A stretch of DNA of 60,000 bases from Lama guanicoe (GCA_013239625.1 MU053504.1:1614001-1674000), one strand, 5' to 3'; positions 1-13,843 are shown, counted from the first letter of the stretch. Numbers and translations: made by a program. Notes: generated from the sequence alone by a model not told the origin.

Positions 1-372
1 GGCTGGCACAGGTCCTGTGGGTCACTAGAATTTGACAGCCCCTCAGTTTGTCAAATCTGTGCTGTCTAAAAAAATAAAAATAAATTTTAAAAGCTGGGGG
101 GTGCTTTTAATCTGTCCTCTCTGAATGAGCAGGAGTTGGATTTATCCTTCTCTTCAGGAGGGTGCCAGAGTAGGACCCTTCCTCCCAAATTTAAGAACCT
201 CCAGAGGGACTCATGCATTTCAAGTCCTGCCTTCCTGAATGAGAGCAGATCATTTTATCTCTGCTAGGATCGAAGAAGTGGGCTGGATGAAACGGGAGTG
301 GGAGGGAGTACTCTGGCATCTCAGGGACCGTGTTGTATATAACTGGGGGCTGGGGCATCATCCGCATTCCAG

Positions 373-522
373 ATGCAGTACGTCTTCATATACCAAGCCC
401 TTCTGGAGCATTATCTCTACGGAGACACAGAACTGGAAGTCACCTCTCTAGAAACACATCTGCAGAAAATTTACAACAAAATCCCAGGGACCAGCAACAA
501 TGGATTAGAGGAGGAGTTTAAG
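373..522 (+). CDS. PTPRA: Receptor-type tyrosine-protein phosphatase alpha, internal exon (end of D1 domain/linker)
   Basis: ccag|ATG..AAG|gtgagt; 150 bp; translates [50 protein letters not shown]. Upstream exons lie outside the window. Confidence 0.96.
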
Positions 523-804
523 GTGAGTTGGAGCTGAATCATGTCTTTCAGGATGAAGGATCCATGTGATCTGTGGAATCTAGAATGTTAGACCCCTTGT
601 GGATTTACCAGCAAACAGTGAAGCCCCTTGTGAGATATGTGGGTGGTTAAGGAGGTGGGTCTCTGGCCCTCTACTTGCAGCCTAGTCATTCTCAACCCAT
701 CCTGCACGTTAGACTCATTTGGGTTGTGTTGGGGGGATGGGACAGGCAGTGGTATTTTTTTAAGTCCCCCAGCTCTCCCTCCCAGGTAATTATAACGTAC
801 AACA

Positions 805-1016
805 AGAGCTAACTTCTTCTGTAAAGGGCCAGATAGTAAATATTTTTGGCTTTTCAGGCCCTGTGGTCTCTGTTGCAACTACTTAACATGCTGTTGTAGG
901 ACAAAAGCAGCCATAGACACTGTGTAAACAAATGAGCATGGCAGTGTTCCCATAAAACTTCAATTGCATTGAAAAGACCAGATTTGACCCCTAGGCCGCA
1001 GATTGCTGGCCCCTGC
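805..1016 (-). mobile_element. MER58A-like hAT DNA transposon relic
   Basis: TTCTGTAAAGGGCCAGATAGTAAATATTTT..AGCAGCCATAGAC matches the recalled consensus. Confidence 0.7.
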
Positions 1017-1698
1017 TGTATGCCAGTGGGCAGTGGTTCCCATCTGGGGACATACCACACTCTCATCAATAAAAGTACCCCCAGAAAGCAAGAGATTCTG
1101 GGTTGTGATGGGGAAGACCACCTTCCTTAAACACTCCTCAGACTATAATATGTACACGAATTACCTTGGGATCCTGTTACAATGCAGGTTCTGATTCAGC
1201 AGGTCTTAAGTTGTGGCCAGAGATTCTAAATATATAACAAGACGAGACCGATGTTGCTGGTTTATGGGCTACACTTTGAGTAGCGGGAAGATCAGGAAGG
1301 GACCTTGGAATCAGGAGAAGGGATGTACATTTGAGCCAGGTTTTCTAAAGAATCTCAGACAGCTTCTGGTGGTAGAACAGTGTGGAGAGAGGGAGGAAGG
1401 GCATACTCTGTCCTATAAGACTAGGTTCCTTGCCCCAGGATTATAAAGTTCCAGTCTAAGGGAATCCCAGAATGGTCTACAGAAGCCAGGAAAGCAGTGT
1501 TTCCTAAACACTCTTGGCTTATTCAGTGAGCTTCAAAACAGAAAAAACAAAAACATGTGGAGATGGAAGTCAGGGCTCTGGGGAGACCAGCAGTATGCAG
1601 CTAGGGTGGCCTGGAGATACAGGTCCAGTGACAGACATAATCTTGTCAAGTTCAGTTACTGAGATCAGTTAATGTTTCCTTTCCTCTTCCCATTTCAG

Positions 1699-1792
1699 AA
1701 ATTAACATCAATCAAAATCCAGAATGACAAGATGCGGACTGGAAACCTTCCAGCCAACATGAAGAAGAACCGGGTTTTACAGATCATTCCAT
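1699..1792 (+). CDS. PTPRA: PTPRA internal exon (start of D2 domain)
   Basis: ttcag|AAA..CCA T|gtaaga; 94 bp; [31 protein letters not shown]. Confidence 0.96.
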
Positions 1793-2110
1793 GTAAGAGC
1801 CTTCTCCCCACCCCAAAGCCTTAATGCCCCAACCCCTTTTCCCTTCACCCTTCCCACTTCTCAGGTACTAGTTAATGATCATCTTGGAGACAGGAATTAT
1901 GGCATTGCCTCTTACTGCTCCCAGTTCTTTAGTGGCTTCTGGAAATAGCATGAAGGCTAAAGGCTTTCTGCCTCCTGGACTAGGAACAGGCATGTTGTTG
2001 TCCAGCTGGAGTTATATTTGCCCAGGCCTGGGGTGGGGAGGAGAGACAGAGAGAGAGGGAGGAGAGGACAAGCGATGCTGGGGAGTCACAAGCCACTGTC
2101 CTTCTTGCAG

Positions 2111-2187
2111 ATGAATTCAACAGAGTGATCATTCCAGTTAAGAGGGGTGAGGAGAACACAGACTACGTGAATGCTTCCTTCATTGAC
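2111..2187 (+). CDS. PTPRA: PTPRA internal exon
   Basis: tgcag|AT GAA..GAC|gtaagt; 77 bp; (Y)EFNRVIIPVKRGEENTDYVNASFID; phase matches neighbours. Confidence 0.96.
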
Positions 2188-2674
2188 GTAAGTGGTGGCT
2201 ATGTCCCCGGCACTCCCAACACTCCATGGGGATTCAGCTGGGTCTTGCAGTGCTGTCCTCCAGTGCTTGGAAGGATGGTCTTTGAATCGGTCATCATATA
2301 CAGAGCTGATACGCACCCTGCGCACTTAGGTCTGTCAGGCCCCCTAGAGCAGAAGGTTGGGGAACAGAGGGCAAACACCCAGTGTAATAGCTGGAGGGAA
2401 AGTTCACAGCACATACCACAGCCAAAGGCTGAAAACATTAACCTCTGGTTCTTCCCATTCCTGCTCTCTCCATCCTGAACCCAGCCCCACTTCCTTCGCC
2501 CTCATACAGAGAGACTAGCGTGCCAGCCAGGGTTTGTTCCTTGGCCAAAGGGGAGCTCTGCCTGGGATGTGTTTGCCTCCAGGCAGCCCTCATCCCTTCC
2601 CAGTGGCCTGTCTTCTCCACTAGCCCCTCCCTGATTAAACTGCCTCCCTCCTACCATTGGCCTGGCCTTTACAG

Positions 2675-2809
2675 GGCTACCGGCAGAAGGACTCCTACAT
2701 TGCCAGCCAGGGCCCTCTTCTCCACACGATCGAGGACTTCTGGCGAATGATCTGGGAGTGGAAATCCTGCTCAATCGTGATGCTAACAGAACTGGAGGAG
2801 AGAGGCCAG
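2675..2809 (+). CDS. PTPRA: PTPRA internal exon
   Basis: tacag|GGC..CAG|gtgagc; 135 bp; [45 protein letters not shown]. Confidence 0.96.
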
Positions 2810-5181
2810 GTGAGCTCAAAAGGGTCCTGGGCTATGGGTGACAAGAGATACGTGAAAAGGGGGGTAGGGGGGCACTAAAAAAGAAAAGCTGGAATGGCCA
2901 GCACAAGTATCATCTCTCAGTCCACTGCCCAGTAATAGAAAGTGACCCAGTGGATATCTCAGACTCTGTCCGTCAGATTGTCAGGTTTTTCCATCCTTGA
3001 AGTGGACCTAGTGAGAGTGCAGGGCAGAGGGGCAGGAAGCATTACTTACCGGTGGAGGTGCGGGGAGGGAGGACTTGCACACACAGACTGTCCTGCCCTT
3101 GGCCAGGCCTGCCATCGTTGGGTGAGGCTCTTCCCCCTCTACCTACCACTGTGTGTCTTCCTCGGGCCAGGGGAGCAGGCAGTAGCTCTTGCCCTCAGAA
3201 GCTTCTAAAATGGATCAGAACAGGTCATAGTAACATTCCTTACAAGCCTCACTGGCCTCTAAGATAAATTTTACTTTCTTTGCCACCTCCCATTCCTCTT
3301 ATCAAGTGTAGCTCCCAGAGGTGTATTAATGCCATAAGCCTAAATGATGCAGTGAAGGGGTGTCTCCATTTATCCAGTATGACACCACTTCCTACCCCCA
3401 GTTTAAATTCCCAGAGAAAAAGTCTGACCCCAAAATGTAAATTCTGTATACATTAAAATCCCGAAGGAATTAAAACTTTAATTTCTCTTCTCCCTGTTTA
3501 ATTTTTCTGCCCCATCTTAACCAGAGGGGTCACCAGCATGCTTGGTTAGGCCTGGGTTCCCTCATCAGCTGTAGTTTGGGCCATCGTCAGAGTGGGCAGA
3601 GTAGCCCCAGCAGTTTCTGCACAGGGTCAGCTCAACCCAAGGCCACATTCCACTTCTCCAGAGAGACAGTAGCACATGTTAGCCTTGGGCCCTTGCCCAC
3701 AAAGCTGTATCCCCATCATGGTTGTCAGCCCTGGACCATGCAAGAGACTTAATGCTGTCTTGGGGAAGGAGAGTAAAGGACAACAGCAGGAGATTCTCTG
3801 TTTTAGCTTCTTAGGGATCCCGTTACCTAGAGTCCGTAACCTATAAATCTAAGATTAAGCCCCCGCGCCCAAGCATGCTTCTACTAGACTTGAGCACCCA
3901 CTCCTCATCTCCCATCCCTCACCCACAGATGACACCTGGCTTGCTACCCCTTTTTTGGTTCCTTTTCCTGTCTCTGTTTCTGGAGGCATAAGAATGTATG
4001 TGGGTGATCATCTACCCTTGTCTTTGAGCTTCTCAGCTTCCTCAGCCACCCACTTCCATGGTCAAACCACGACTTTGTCATCCCCCCATATCTGCACTGC
4101 CTTTGGAATCTCAGCATCAGGCACCCTGCCCTGTTTACCATCTCCTGTCCTTCCACCTCACTGCTTCTCTTACTTCAGTAATTCTTTGTCTTTATCAAGT
4201 CCTTAGAGCCGTCAGCTCCTCCATTTCCTCAACCTGTCACCCCGATCGTGTCCCCACCTTTCTTCTTACTCTGTTTAGAGTTTTGATGACTTGTCATTAT
4301 TATACTCCTTCCCTTGTTAGCACCTATTATTCCCTCATGGTCTCTTACTTTCATGGCAAGGTCTCTGCTCTGTTAAATTCAATTAAATGTCTGCGTCTGG
4401 TAGCAGACATCACTGGAAGAAAACATGAGACAGTGCTGAGTGGTCTCACATTAAATTCATGACCACAAATCTCATATGGGTCATTAGTGCTGCCTGCCAA
4501 TCCTGCTACCCTTCCTTCTTTCCTGTCCTCAGACTTCCACCATTCCCTCTTGCCTGTTCCATCACACTGACACCTTATCTCGTGATCTCATTCTTCTCCA
4601 AGAAATCAGACAAGAATGCTCTTATCTTCCTACCCCTCAAGTAACCAGCCTATTCAAATCGGTATCCATTCTCTTGTCTTCTCTCTGGTTGCAGTGGAAA
4701 AGTGTTCCTACATCTCAGTCCACCTGTCCACTGTGCCCTGGGCTCCTCCCCTCCTGTCTCCTCAAGGTCGTCGCTGCTGTAATTATCTTCTCCCACCTTC
4801 ATCAGTAAATAGTCCCCTCTCTACTCTCTTACCCTTATCAGCCTATATGTTGTTAGATTCCTATCTTTAAAAAAGAAAGATCTCCTAATCCCACATTTCC
4901 TTCTGTCTGCTGTCCCAGTTCTCTGTACCCTTTCCCAACAAAACTTTAAAAAGAGTTGACCTTCTCCCCTCACGTTCTCGCCTCATCCTCTTCTAGGCTT
5001 GACTCCTCCAGGACTGCTTCAGCCAAGATCACCAGCGACCGCCATCTTGCCAGTCCAAAAGTCATTTGTCTTATCTTTCTTACTCATCTATAGCAGTGTC
5101 TGAAACAGTGGGTACTATATATGACTATACCTATATGCCAGGAACTCTCAAATCTGTCTCTCGCCCAGTTACCCCCACCTT

Positions 5182-5285
5182 CCCAGTTGTGGACTGGTAT
5201 ATCCACATAGCTACTCCCCAGTTGTGGACTGGTATATCCACATAGCTACTCCCCAGTTGTGGACTGGTATATCCACATAGCTACT
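5182..5285. repeat. Perfect 3 x 35-bp tandem repeat in an L2 relic within a PTPRA intron
   Basis: Unit CCCCAGTTGTGGACTGGTATATCCACATAGCTACT at 5182 (34 bp), 5216 and 5251. Confidence 0.95.
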
Positions 5286-7944
5286 TGATATCTTCACATG
5301 GGTGTCTGTTAAGAATCTCAAGCTTCATATGGTCCAAGAAAACCTTGATTTCCTCCTTTCCCTCATACTAGTCCATCTCACCCTTAGCCATCTCAGTAAA
5401 TTGTGCCACCTTCCACCCAGATGCTCATATCGGAAGTCTTGGAATTACCTTTATTCCTCTCCTTTCCTCACTCCCACAGCCAGTCTGTCAGTGAGTCCTG
5501 ACATATGCTGAGCATATCCACGTCTCTCCAGTGTAACCGCTGTCCCCTCACACAGACCATTGTCTCTTACCTGCATCACTCAAGTAGCCTGGCAGTCGGC
5601 CTGCTTCCATTCCCACCCTCTTTTAGTCATTTCTTCACGTGGAAGCCAGCGATCCTTTTGAAAATATAAATCTCATTATATCACTTTTTGTCCTAAAATC
5701 CTTTTTGGGTTTCCAGATCGTGAGAGAATATCTACCCATGAGATTTTCCAGTTCGTCTCTAGTCCCAAGACTTGAACTGGGTGCTTCTTCCTCTGTTTCC
5801 ATTGCTTATTTTAAATCTCCTAGCTTCAATTTTCCCTCCTCCCCATCTTCCCTCCGCATGCAGAGTGGAGGGTGGATTCTGAGGTCACAGCCTCTGCTTC
5901 TTGAGAACAGGGTCCCCTAGTTGTCAGAGCCTTGCATTCCGCACAGTCCTAGTCTCCAGCTCTGTGCCCTCATGTCTCCATCCTCAGCAGGACCCCAGAC
6001 CATTGTCAGCCCTGGGCAACAGTGGGTACAGCCCCTGCTGGCCCCTACTCTGGATTCGAACAGCTCTTTCTGCCATACCCATCCCATGGCCATGAGGGCA
6101 CCTCCTAGGTCCCATTTACGCCCAGCCTGCTTCTTCTGTGTTTTTATGCCCACACAGAGGGCTAAATTAAATAAGCCCTCACCTGGCTGAGTAGGATAAT
6201 TGCCTGCCCCCAGTCCAGCAGCTTACTTCATATCATCCCTTAAATCCTGTCCTCATCAGTTGCCCAGGTGGCTTCCTCTCAGCACACCCTGGCTGCTTCC
6301 CTACAGCAGCAGTGTCGCCTTGAACTTCACTCCACGACAGCACTAGTCTGACTTCCTGTTCCCACCACACGTAATCCTCTTGGCTGGTCGTCTCCATTAG
6401 TCAGCCAGAGCAGGCTCCCCACTTGCTTTCACTGTTCACCAACTCCCTGTCCACAGTTTGAAGCAGGGACTCTGCATCCCTGGGAGTCCTCCTTCCAGTC
6501 GATCTGCCCCTTTTCTTCTCTGTTACGCTCATCTCTCTAAACTAAGAAGACCTAAAATCTGCAGGCTGTTAGCTGTGGGACCGCAGTGTCCTGCCAGTGC
6601 AGTTCTAGGCCTCTACTCTGCTGCTTTCAAGCCCGTTTGTATCTTAGTGCTGGGAAGGAACTCTGGTCACAAAACTCTGTCCACCCACCAACGCCCTGAA
6701 ACCAGTATGGTCTCTGTTTAAGATGAGCCTAAATTAGATTTTTCTAAAGCTGTTCTGGTTGAGGAGAGGGCCCAGAGCCCTAACCCCCACAGTATCCCCA
6801 GGGCTCCTAGTGGGCACACATCGGAAAGCATTTCTTTAATCCACCACTTTACCAATCCTCTGCTTTAAAAGGAGCTCGGTGTCATTTATAAAGGGGATGA
6901 TGAATAATCACATATGAAAAGCAAGAAAAGTCATCAAAATGGACTTTTAATACTGATTGTTTTTGGACTGGGAGACTATCAGGGATTTCTGTTTTTGTAT
7001 TTAATTTCCGCAAATCTTTTCTAACATAGAGTACATTTATGGTTTAGGACCTTTGAATTGCCAACAGTGAAATATCTAGGATCTCCCCCAAAATGCTCTA
7101 AAGAAATAGACAGTATAACTGTACTTTGTTTTATTTCTGTATTTACACCCTGGCTTGTTCTGCAGACATCAATCACATTCATTTACCAGATGCTTAACAG
7201 AGAGCCTGCCAGATGCAGGCGTGTGTGAGGTGCTGGGAAAACAAAGGTGCAAAGACGCAGCCTCTGCCTGTAAGGAGCCTGTGCAGGCAGGGGCAGCAGC
7301 AGACCATGTCTTGCTCACTAAGAAGGACAGAAACGTGAGGGCTAGTAGCCACTCTAAGACGCCGCTGCAGGCTAAAGAGTTAACAAGGAAAGGGGTGAAA
7401 GCACACCATGGCCTGGACTGTAGTGAAGCACCACGGCCGAGTGGGGGTGTGGCTGGGTTCAGTTTTTCTGGGTTAGCGGTCTGACATATATAAGCAACTG
7501 TAAAATGTGACAACACCCCAAGGGAGCCAAAAAGGAAAAAAAAAAAAAAGACCAAAAAACGGGGAAGGGGGCTTGGAATGAAGACATTCATTCCTTCCTC
7601 CACCCAGATGTTGAGCATTGGATGCAGCCGTGAGCTGATGGTCAGCGTTCTTCCCTGACCCTGTTAGTGTTGCAAATTAGACTATAAATAAGTAACAGCA
7701 AATGGTTAAGTGATTATCTCTGGTAGTGGAATTAAGTTGTTAAATGTGGATGTCCTGGTGAGGATCAGAAGTTAATTGGAGTGATGTTAAGTAATGGAAT
7801 GATCCTCTTGAGTTTTTGATCCCATGGGGAAGAATTGTGTCAGCCTAAGTGGCTGTATTGAGAGGAGCAGGCTGCTCATAGGGCAGCCCTGCCTTTACCT
7901 CACATGGTATTCTGAGCCCCTCACCCTTCCCATTTGTCCCCCAG

Positions 7945-8070
7945 GAGAAGTGTGCCCAGTACTGGCCCTCTGATGGGCTGGTGTCCTATGGAGACATCAC
8001 AGTGGAGCTGAAGAAGGAGGAGGAATGTGAGAGCTACACCGTCAGAGACCTCCTGGTCACCAACACCAGG
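7945..8070 (+). CDS. PTPRA: PTPRA internal exon
   Basis: cccag|GAG..AGG|gtaagg; 126 bp; [42 protein letters not shown]. Confidence 0.96.
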
Positions 8071-8149
8071 GTAAGGTAGCTACTGGGTGGGCTCCTCCCA
8101 CAGGGAAAGTGGGGTTGCCCCTACCTCTCTGATCCTCGTTCTTCCAAAG

Positions 8150-8301
8150 GAGAACAAGAGCCGGCAGATCCGGCAGTTCCACTTCCACGGCTGGCCTGAA
8201 GTGGGCATCCCCAGCGATGGAAAGGGCATGATCAGCATCATTGCAGCCGTGCAGAAGCAGCAGCAGCAGTCAGGGAACCACCCCATCACCGTGCACTGCA
8301 G
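8150..8301 (+). CDS. PTPRA: PTPRA internal exon (WPE loop, start of VHCS motif)
   Basis: caaag|GAG..TGC AG|gtgtgt; 152 bp; [50 protein letters not shown]; preceded by a 79-bp intron. Confidence 0.96.
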
Positions 8302-8918
8302 GTGTGTCCACCCTGGCCTCGGGAAGAGAGAGAAAGTGGTGCGAGGCAGGGAGGGGGACGTGATGGGAGCGGGTATGAGGGATTGAGGAAAGCCAGGTGA
8401 GTCAGTGAGTACAGGGCAGTCAAGTCTGATGACCAGGACAGGCCCAGATGATAAGAGAGGATCTTGGAGTTTGAGCTTTACACTGTAAGTGCTAGGGAAC
8501 AGCAGTCTCTAAGGTGAAGATACTGGGCAGGGGAGCATTTGGGATGGTGATGCGGCACCAGAGAGCAGCAGGGGTGACGGACAGCGGAGAAGACCAGCTA
8601 GGCAGTGTGGGAATGAGGACCTGGCCTCCTTAAGAAGCACAGGAAAACCAGAATGGGCAACTCTATTGAAAACAGTTTGAAGAAAAATGAACAAGACTCC
8701 AAACTTCAGAAAGAAAAGGAGTCAAGGGCGTCTCCCAGGTTTGCGGCTGGGTAAAGGCCGGTGTCACTGGCAGAAACATAGTAAGGGAACTCACGGAAGG
8801 CGGGGGAGATTTTGTTTGGGGCATATTGTTTGAGATTGCACTTTAGAAAAAAAATTTACCGTGAGTCTGTGGCGCTTTTATAATTAGAGGGGAAAACCTC
8901 TTTAAAAAGGGAAGAAGT

Positions 8919-9040
8919 GGGGAAGTTATAGCTTAGTGGTGGAGCACGTGCTTAGCACGCACGAGGTCCTGGGCTCAATCCGCAGTGTTTCCATTAAAAA
9001 CAATTAATAAACAAACAAACTTAATGTCCCCCCCCAAAAA
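8919..9040 (+). mobile_element. tRNA-derived SINE (camelid vic-1-like)
   Basis: GGGGAAGTTATAGCTTAGTGG..GGGCTCAATCC A/B-box head, AT-rich middle, C-run and A tail; similar to five other copies in the window. Confidence 0.8.
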
Positions 9041-10539
9041 AGCTTAAGATGAAAAAAATGAAAGGAAAGTAAGAATATATTGAAAACCTGCAAACTGGCT
9101 TTGAAGATAGAAAAATGAACAAAGGAGCTTCCAGAAATATTCTTCAGCTGGCCGTAATGAAATACATAATTAACAAGAATTAAAGCACTGCTTATAATAG
9201 TGAAAGATGGTAAATAATCTAACAATGTATTAATAGGGAACTGGTTCAGTAAGCTCTGACATACCTCATACTACAGAGCTGCAAAAAATTAAGAATCTGT
9301 TTATGTACTGGTATGGAATAATCGCCTAGATTTATTGCTTGGTGAGAAAAGCAGTAGGAGACAGGGAAAGAATACATACATGTGTATGTTGGTATATGCA
9401 TAAATTATCTCTGGAAGGACACACAAGGACCTGGTGACGTTGGTTGTTCCCAGGAGGAACACTGAAGGGTGAAGGAATGGAGTAGGAATAAGACTTTTCA
9501 CTGTTTTGGACCTTTTTTGAAATTTTAAGTATGCTAATTTATTACCTATACAAAAATGAATTTAAAAAAAAGTTTTTAAGAAGAAGAAGCGACAAAGTAC
9601 ATCAGCTAATACAAATGGACAGTAACCATGAAAAGACAATAAACATGCTGATCCTTATTAGAAATATGAGAAATGAGAATGAAAACAATAAAACATGGCT
9701 TTTTGCCCAATCGGCAAATTAAAAGGATTCCTTGACCTACCCAAAAATAAATACTTCCTTCCCCGCACTTTTAAATCTCCCACACTGCTCTCTCCCTTGG
9801 TCACCCTCTCTTGGCAAACCCCAGACTCCCTGGCTGCCCTGCGCCACGCACACAGCTGAATGTGGCTAAAGAAGAGCACCACGTTACAAGCCTCATTTTA
9901 CATTTCTGTGACCTCGTGGCCCTTAGTGCTGCCCCATGGTCCCTCTGCCTCTCCCACTCTTTTCAGGCCCAGCACCAAATCTGGCCTGCCTGGTTTTGTG
10001 GGGCAAGAGAACTATTGTCACATTTAAAAAACTTTTTTATCAAAAGAAGAAAATACTTCATGACGTGAAAATTGTGTGAAATTCAAATTTGTGTCCGTAG
10101 ATAAGGTTTTATTGAAACATGGTCATGCTTATATATCGACTGACTGCTCTCCTGTTCCAGCAGCAGAATTGAGACCATACACAGTACTCATCACCTCACA
10201 CTGCTGCTCAGCACACAAGAAGTCAGAGTTGTGTGGTTATAACTTAACTTTCTCTTCCCAGCGAAAGCTAAGATCATTTTCTATTTGGCCGTTTACGGAA
10301 AAGCTTGCCAGCCTTTGTCCTGGATGATTATTTCATCCTCCTCTCAAACCTCCAGTACCTCTTCTGTCCTCATATTTGAGAGATGACCATGTTTTCTATT
10401 TGCCTGAGAAAAGAGAAGCAGTCAGAGAGAATTTTCACCTGTTCCCACCACCACAGCTCCCCATCTGCCTGCAAGTGCTGTGGACCCTGCATCCCTCTTG
10501 TTCAGTGAATGAGTTATCTTACCTCTCTCTGAAGCCAGC

Positions 10540-11038
10540 TGCGTTAGTCCTCTATTGCTGCGTAATACCACTACCACAAACTTAGCACCTTAAAACAACA
10601 CACAATCTTTGTGTGAGGAATCTAAGCAATTCTTAGCCAGGTCCTGTGCTTCAGAGTCTCACAAGGCTGCAGTCAAAGTGTTGACCAGGGCTATGGTCCC
10701 ATCTGAGGCTTGACTGAGGAAGGATCCACTTCTGAGCTCATTTTGTTTTTCAGTTCCTCGCATAATCTTGTATTTTGAAGTTCCTTGCCACATGGGCCTT
10801 CCCAGCGTGGTTGCTTGCTTCTTCCAAGCCAGCAAAGGAGTATTTCCTTACAAAACAGACATTATGTTCTCACGTAACATAATCACATATGCATAACTGT
10901 ATACATTCCATCACTCTTGCTGTATTCTTTTGGTTGGAAGCACATCACAAGTCCTGCCACACTCAAGTGAAGAGAAACACACAAGTACATGAACACCAGG
11001 AGGCAGGGACCTTGGGGGCTAAGCTGAAGTCTGCCACA
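10540..11038 (-). mobile_element. MaLR (MLT1-type) solo LTR inside an L2 relic in a PTPRA intron
   Basis: TG..TTAGT..CTATTGCTGCGTAA..ACCACAAACTTAG..TTAAAACAACAC start and ..CTGCCACA end. Confidence 0.65.
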
Positions 11039-12983
11039 TCCACCCCCCTTTTGGATATCAGTTCCATCCTCTTTTGTCTCCTCGAGGACCTGACTTCACT
11101 ATCCTATGTCATCAGGTTTTCTTCTGGATAACTACTATCGTCAAACAAAAGTGCTATAACTTCTCCCATCTTAATATTTTTAAAAACTGTGGGCTCCAGT
11201 GCCCCTCCAGCTACCCCTCTATTTCCATTTTCCTTAATAGTAAAGTTTCTCAAAAGATTTGTCCCTGCTAACTCTCCAGTTCCTCTCCTCCCAGTCTCTC
11301 TTGAGCCCCTTTCAGTTACCCTCTGACATACTCCATTGCAGCTGCCCTGTGAGGTCTCCCGTGACCTTCACATTGCTGCGTCCGGTGATCACTTCTCAGT
11401 CTTATCCTTGACTTTCGTTAGCATTAGACTCAGCTGACCACTCGATTCTCTGTGAAATGCTTTCATCATAACTTCTCTCTTGGTTTTTGTCCTCATTGGC
11501 TGTTCCGTCTTTCTCTTTTGTTGATTCCTCCCCATCTGTGGTCGAGGGCCAAGTCCTTGGACCTCTTCTCTGTCAACTGAGTCAGTCCCTTAGGTGAACT
11601 CATCCAGTTTCCTGGCTTTAATATCAACTCCTGAATCTTTACCACCAGTTCACCTTCTCCTCTAAACTCCAGATTTATATATCCAGTTACCTTGGGCATC
11701 TTCAGTTTAAAGGGATATTTCAGGACTGATGTTTCTTTCCAAGCCTGCTGTTTCCACAGCCTTTCCCAGATCAGTAAGTGGTATTTCAGTTGGACACTTA
11801 ACTCAGGTAAGAAAGCCTGGAACCATCCTGTTTTTTCTCTCACACATGCATGCATGTCTAATGTTCTACCTGCAAAATAATTTCCAAATCAAGTCTTTAT
11901 CACACGCTCCACCATGGCCCTCTGTCCAGGCCACCATCCTCTCTCCTCAGTAACTGTACTGCCCTCACTGGTTTCCCTGTTTCCTCCCTCCCCCTTCAGT
12001 TTGTTCTCAGTACAGCACCCTGTGAGTTCCTTTTAAAACTTAGTCAGACCTCATCACTCCTTCACTCAGAATCTTAACACTGGCTCACAAGGCCCAACAT
12101 CTCTGAGGGCTCCTTGCCCAGGCCAGGCAGGGAGTGCACCAGGGGACTGGCATTCTCCCTGAGGGCTCTGACCTCACCCCGACCACGTCCCTCCCTCCAC
12201 TGGCTTCAGTGCCTAGACACTCCTGTCCTCTGCCTGAGATGCTCGTTTCCAAGGACCATGTCCTTACCTTCTCAGGGTCTCTGCTCACATGGCACCTTGT
12301 TAGAGAGCCCTCCCTGACCGCCCTGTTCACAGCAGCACTTCCTTCCAGCCTGCCTTGAACCGCTGTTCCTCTTTTTCCTTTCCGGGTACTGCGTGTCTTA
12401 CTGCCAGGGGATACTGCTACCCACCACAGTCCTACCACACAGCAGGCATGTGGTAAGGGTCTTGTGATGACAGTGAACAGGGTGGATGGTGTCAGGGTGA
12501 GAGTCTGGATTCGTGGGATTTAGGAAGAAAATGAGAGCCATGGAAAGAATCAGTCAACATACAGCAGTGCAGGGGGAGCAGGGCTTGTCAGGAAAAGAGC
12601 GGGCTAGAACTCTGACATGCACGAGCAGCAGGCCAGGGCGACCTAGGCTTGTCTGTAGGTGGACAGTGATGGGCAGTGCAGGGGGTGGGGGGGTGAGGTT
12701 CCTCACCACTGTTGCACGGGTGAGTCCTTCAGCAGGCAGAGTGGGCCGTGCAGCAAGGGCAGCAGGGGTGTGCCCGCCCCACCAAGAGCTGTGTGAGCCT
12801 GGGCTTATGTGGAGAGGAGCGGACGGGCCTCCTGCCCCCACCCCCAGCAGCCCCACTGGAGGACAGACATTCCCAGGAGCACGGGCCTCGGCCTTTATCT
12901 GCTCATCGCCATGGTCACTCACCTCCTGGGCACAGAGAGCCACTGCCGGTGTGATAAGTACGTCTGCTTCTGCTTTGTTACAG

Positions 12984-13119
12984 CGCCGGGGCAGGGCGGA
13001 CAGGGACCTTCTGCGCCCTGAGTACAGTCCTGGAGCGGGTGAAAGCCGAGGGGATTTTGGATGTCTTCCAGACCGTCAAGAGCCTGCGGCTGCAGAGGCC
13101 ACACATGGTCCAGACACTG
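12984..13119 (+). CDS. PTPRA: PTPRA penultimate coding exon (SAGAGRTG P-loop of D2)
   Basis: tacag|C GCC..CTG|gtatgc; 136 bp; (S)[45 protein letters not shown]. Confidence 0.96.
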
Positions 13120-13768
13120 GTATGCTGGCCTGCGCATTTACCCATGCCACCCCACCACCGGCAGCTCTTCTCAGCCAGGGCCAGCTCAGGGGAGGCTCTT
13201 CTGAGGGCCTGTCTGGCCTTCAGAAGACTGTAACCACAGACTCATCCTTCCCCAAGGTGCCTCAGACAAACAGAATAAGCTCTGGGGGGCAGGAGAGCAT
13301 GGAGGCATATCATAGCCCCACACCAGGAGGAGATGTCAGTGGCCTCCGTGAAGGCTAAAAGGGGGTGCCAGGTGCCCCATGGGGCTCTTCTTTGCTTCTC
13401 TGTGGGTCCTGGGGTGCGGAAGACTCAGGAGTACCTCCTCTCCTCTGCTCAGGCTCCCTTTTAAGAGGTCTCCTGTCAGTCTAGATGACCAGTGACCGCC
13501 GAGCATGGGGCAGACATGAGGTCATATCTGACTGATGCAAATCTGGGCCCGTCCTCTGCACATCCAATCACTTGCTCTCCGTAGAATGTGGCTGCACTCA
13601 GCCCAGAGGGGGAATGTTGTCAGATCTCTGGCAGGGGGCTCAGGTGGAAATCCAAAAACATTCATTTCCTCTTAATTTTCATTTTTTTTTTAATGGGTCT
13701 GTCAGGAGCTGCAGGTGCATTGTTCTCTTCAGTAACATTGGTCTTTTCCCCTGCCTTTCACTCTCTAG

Positions 13769-13843
13769 GAACAGTATGAGTTCTGCTACAAGGTGGTGCA
13801 GGAATATATTGACGCATTCTCAGATTATGCCAACTTCAAGTAA
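13769..13843 (+). CDS. PTPRA: PTPRA last coding exon
   Basis: tctag|GAA..AAG TAA; EQYEFCYKVVQEYIDAFSDYANFK*; ends in the characteristic YANFK Grb2-binding tyrosine motif of PTP-alpha. Confidence 0.97.
   Translation, partial: EQYEFCYKVVQEYIDAFSDYANFK

Noticed and set aside
5182..5285. 35-bp palindromic repeats superficially like a CRISPR array
   Set aside because: No spacers between units, no cas genes, and the context is a mammalian intron.
8150..8301. WPE instead of WPD, and NRV instead of NRY, in PTPRA
   Set aside because: Normal features of the low-activity D2 domain of PTP-alpha, not new mutations.
12513..13358. 281-aa ORF in PTPRA
   Set aside because: Crosses a true exon in the wrong frame; the rest is intronic sequence without recognisable protein features.
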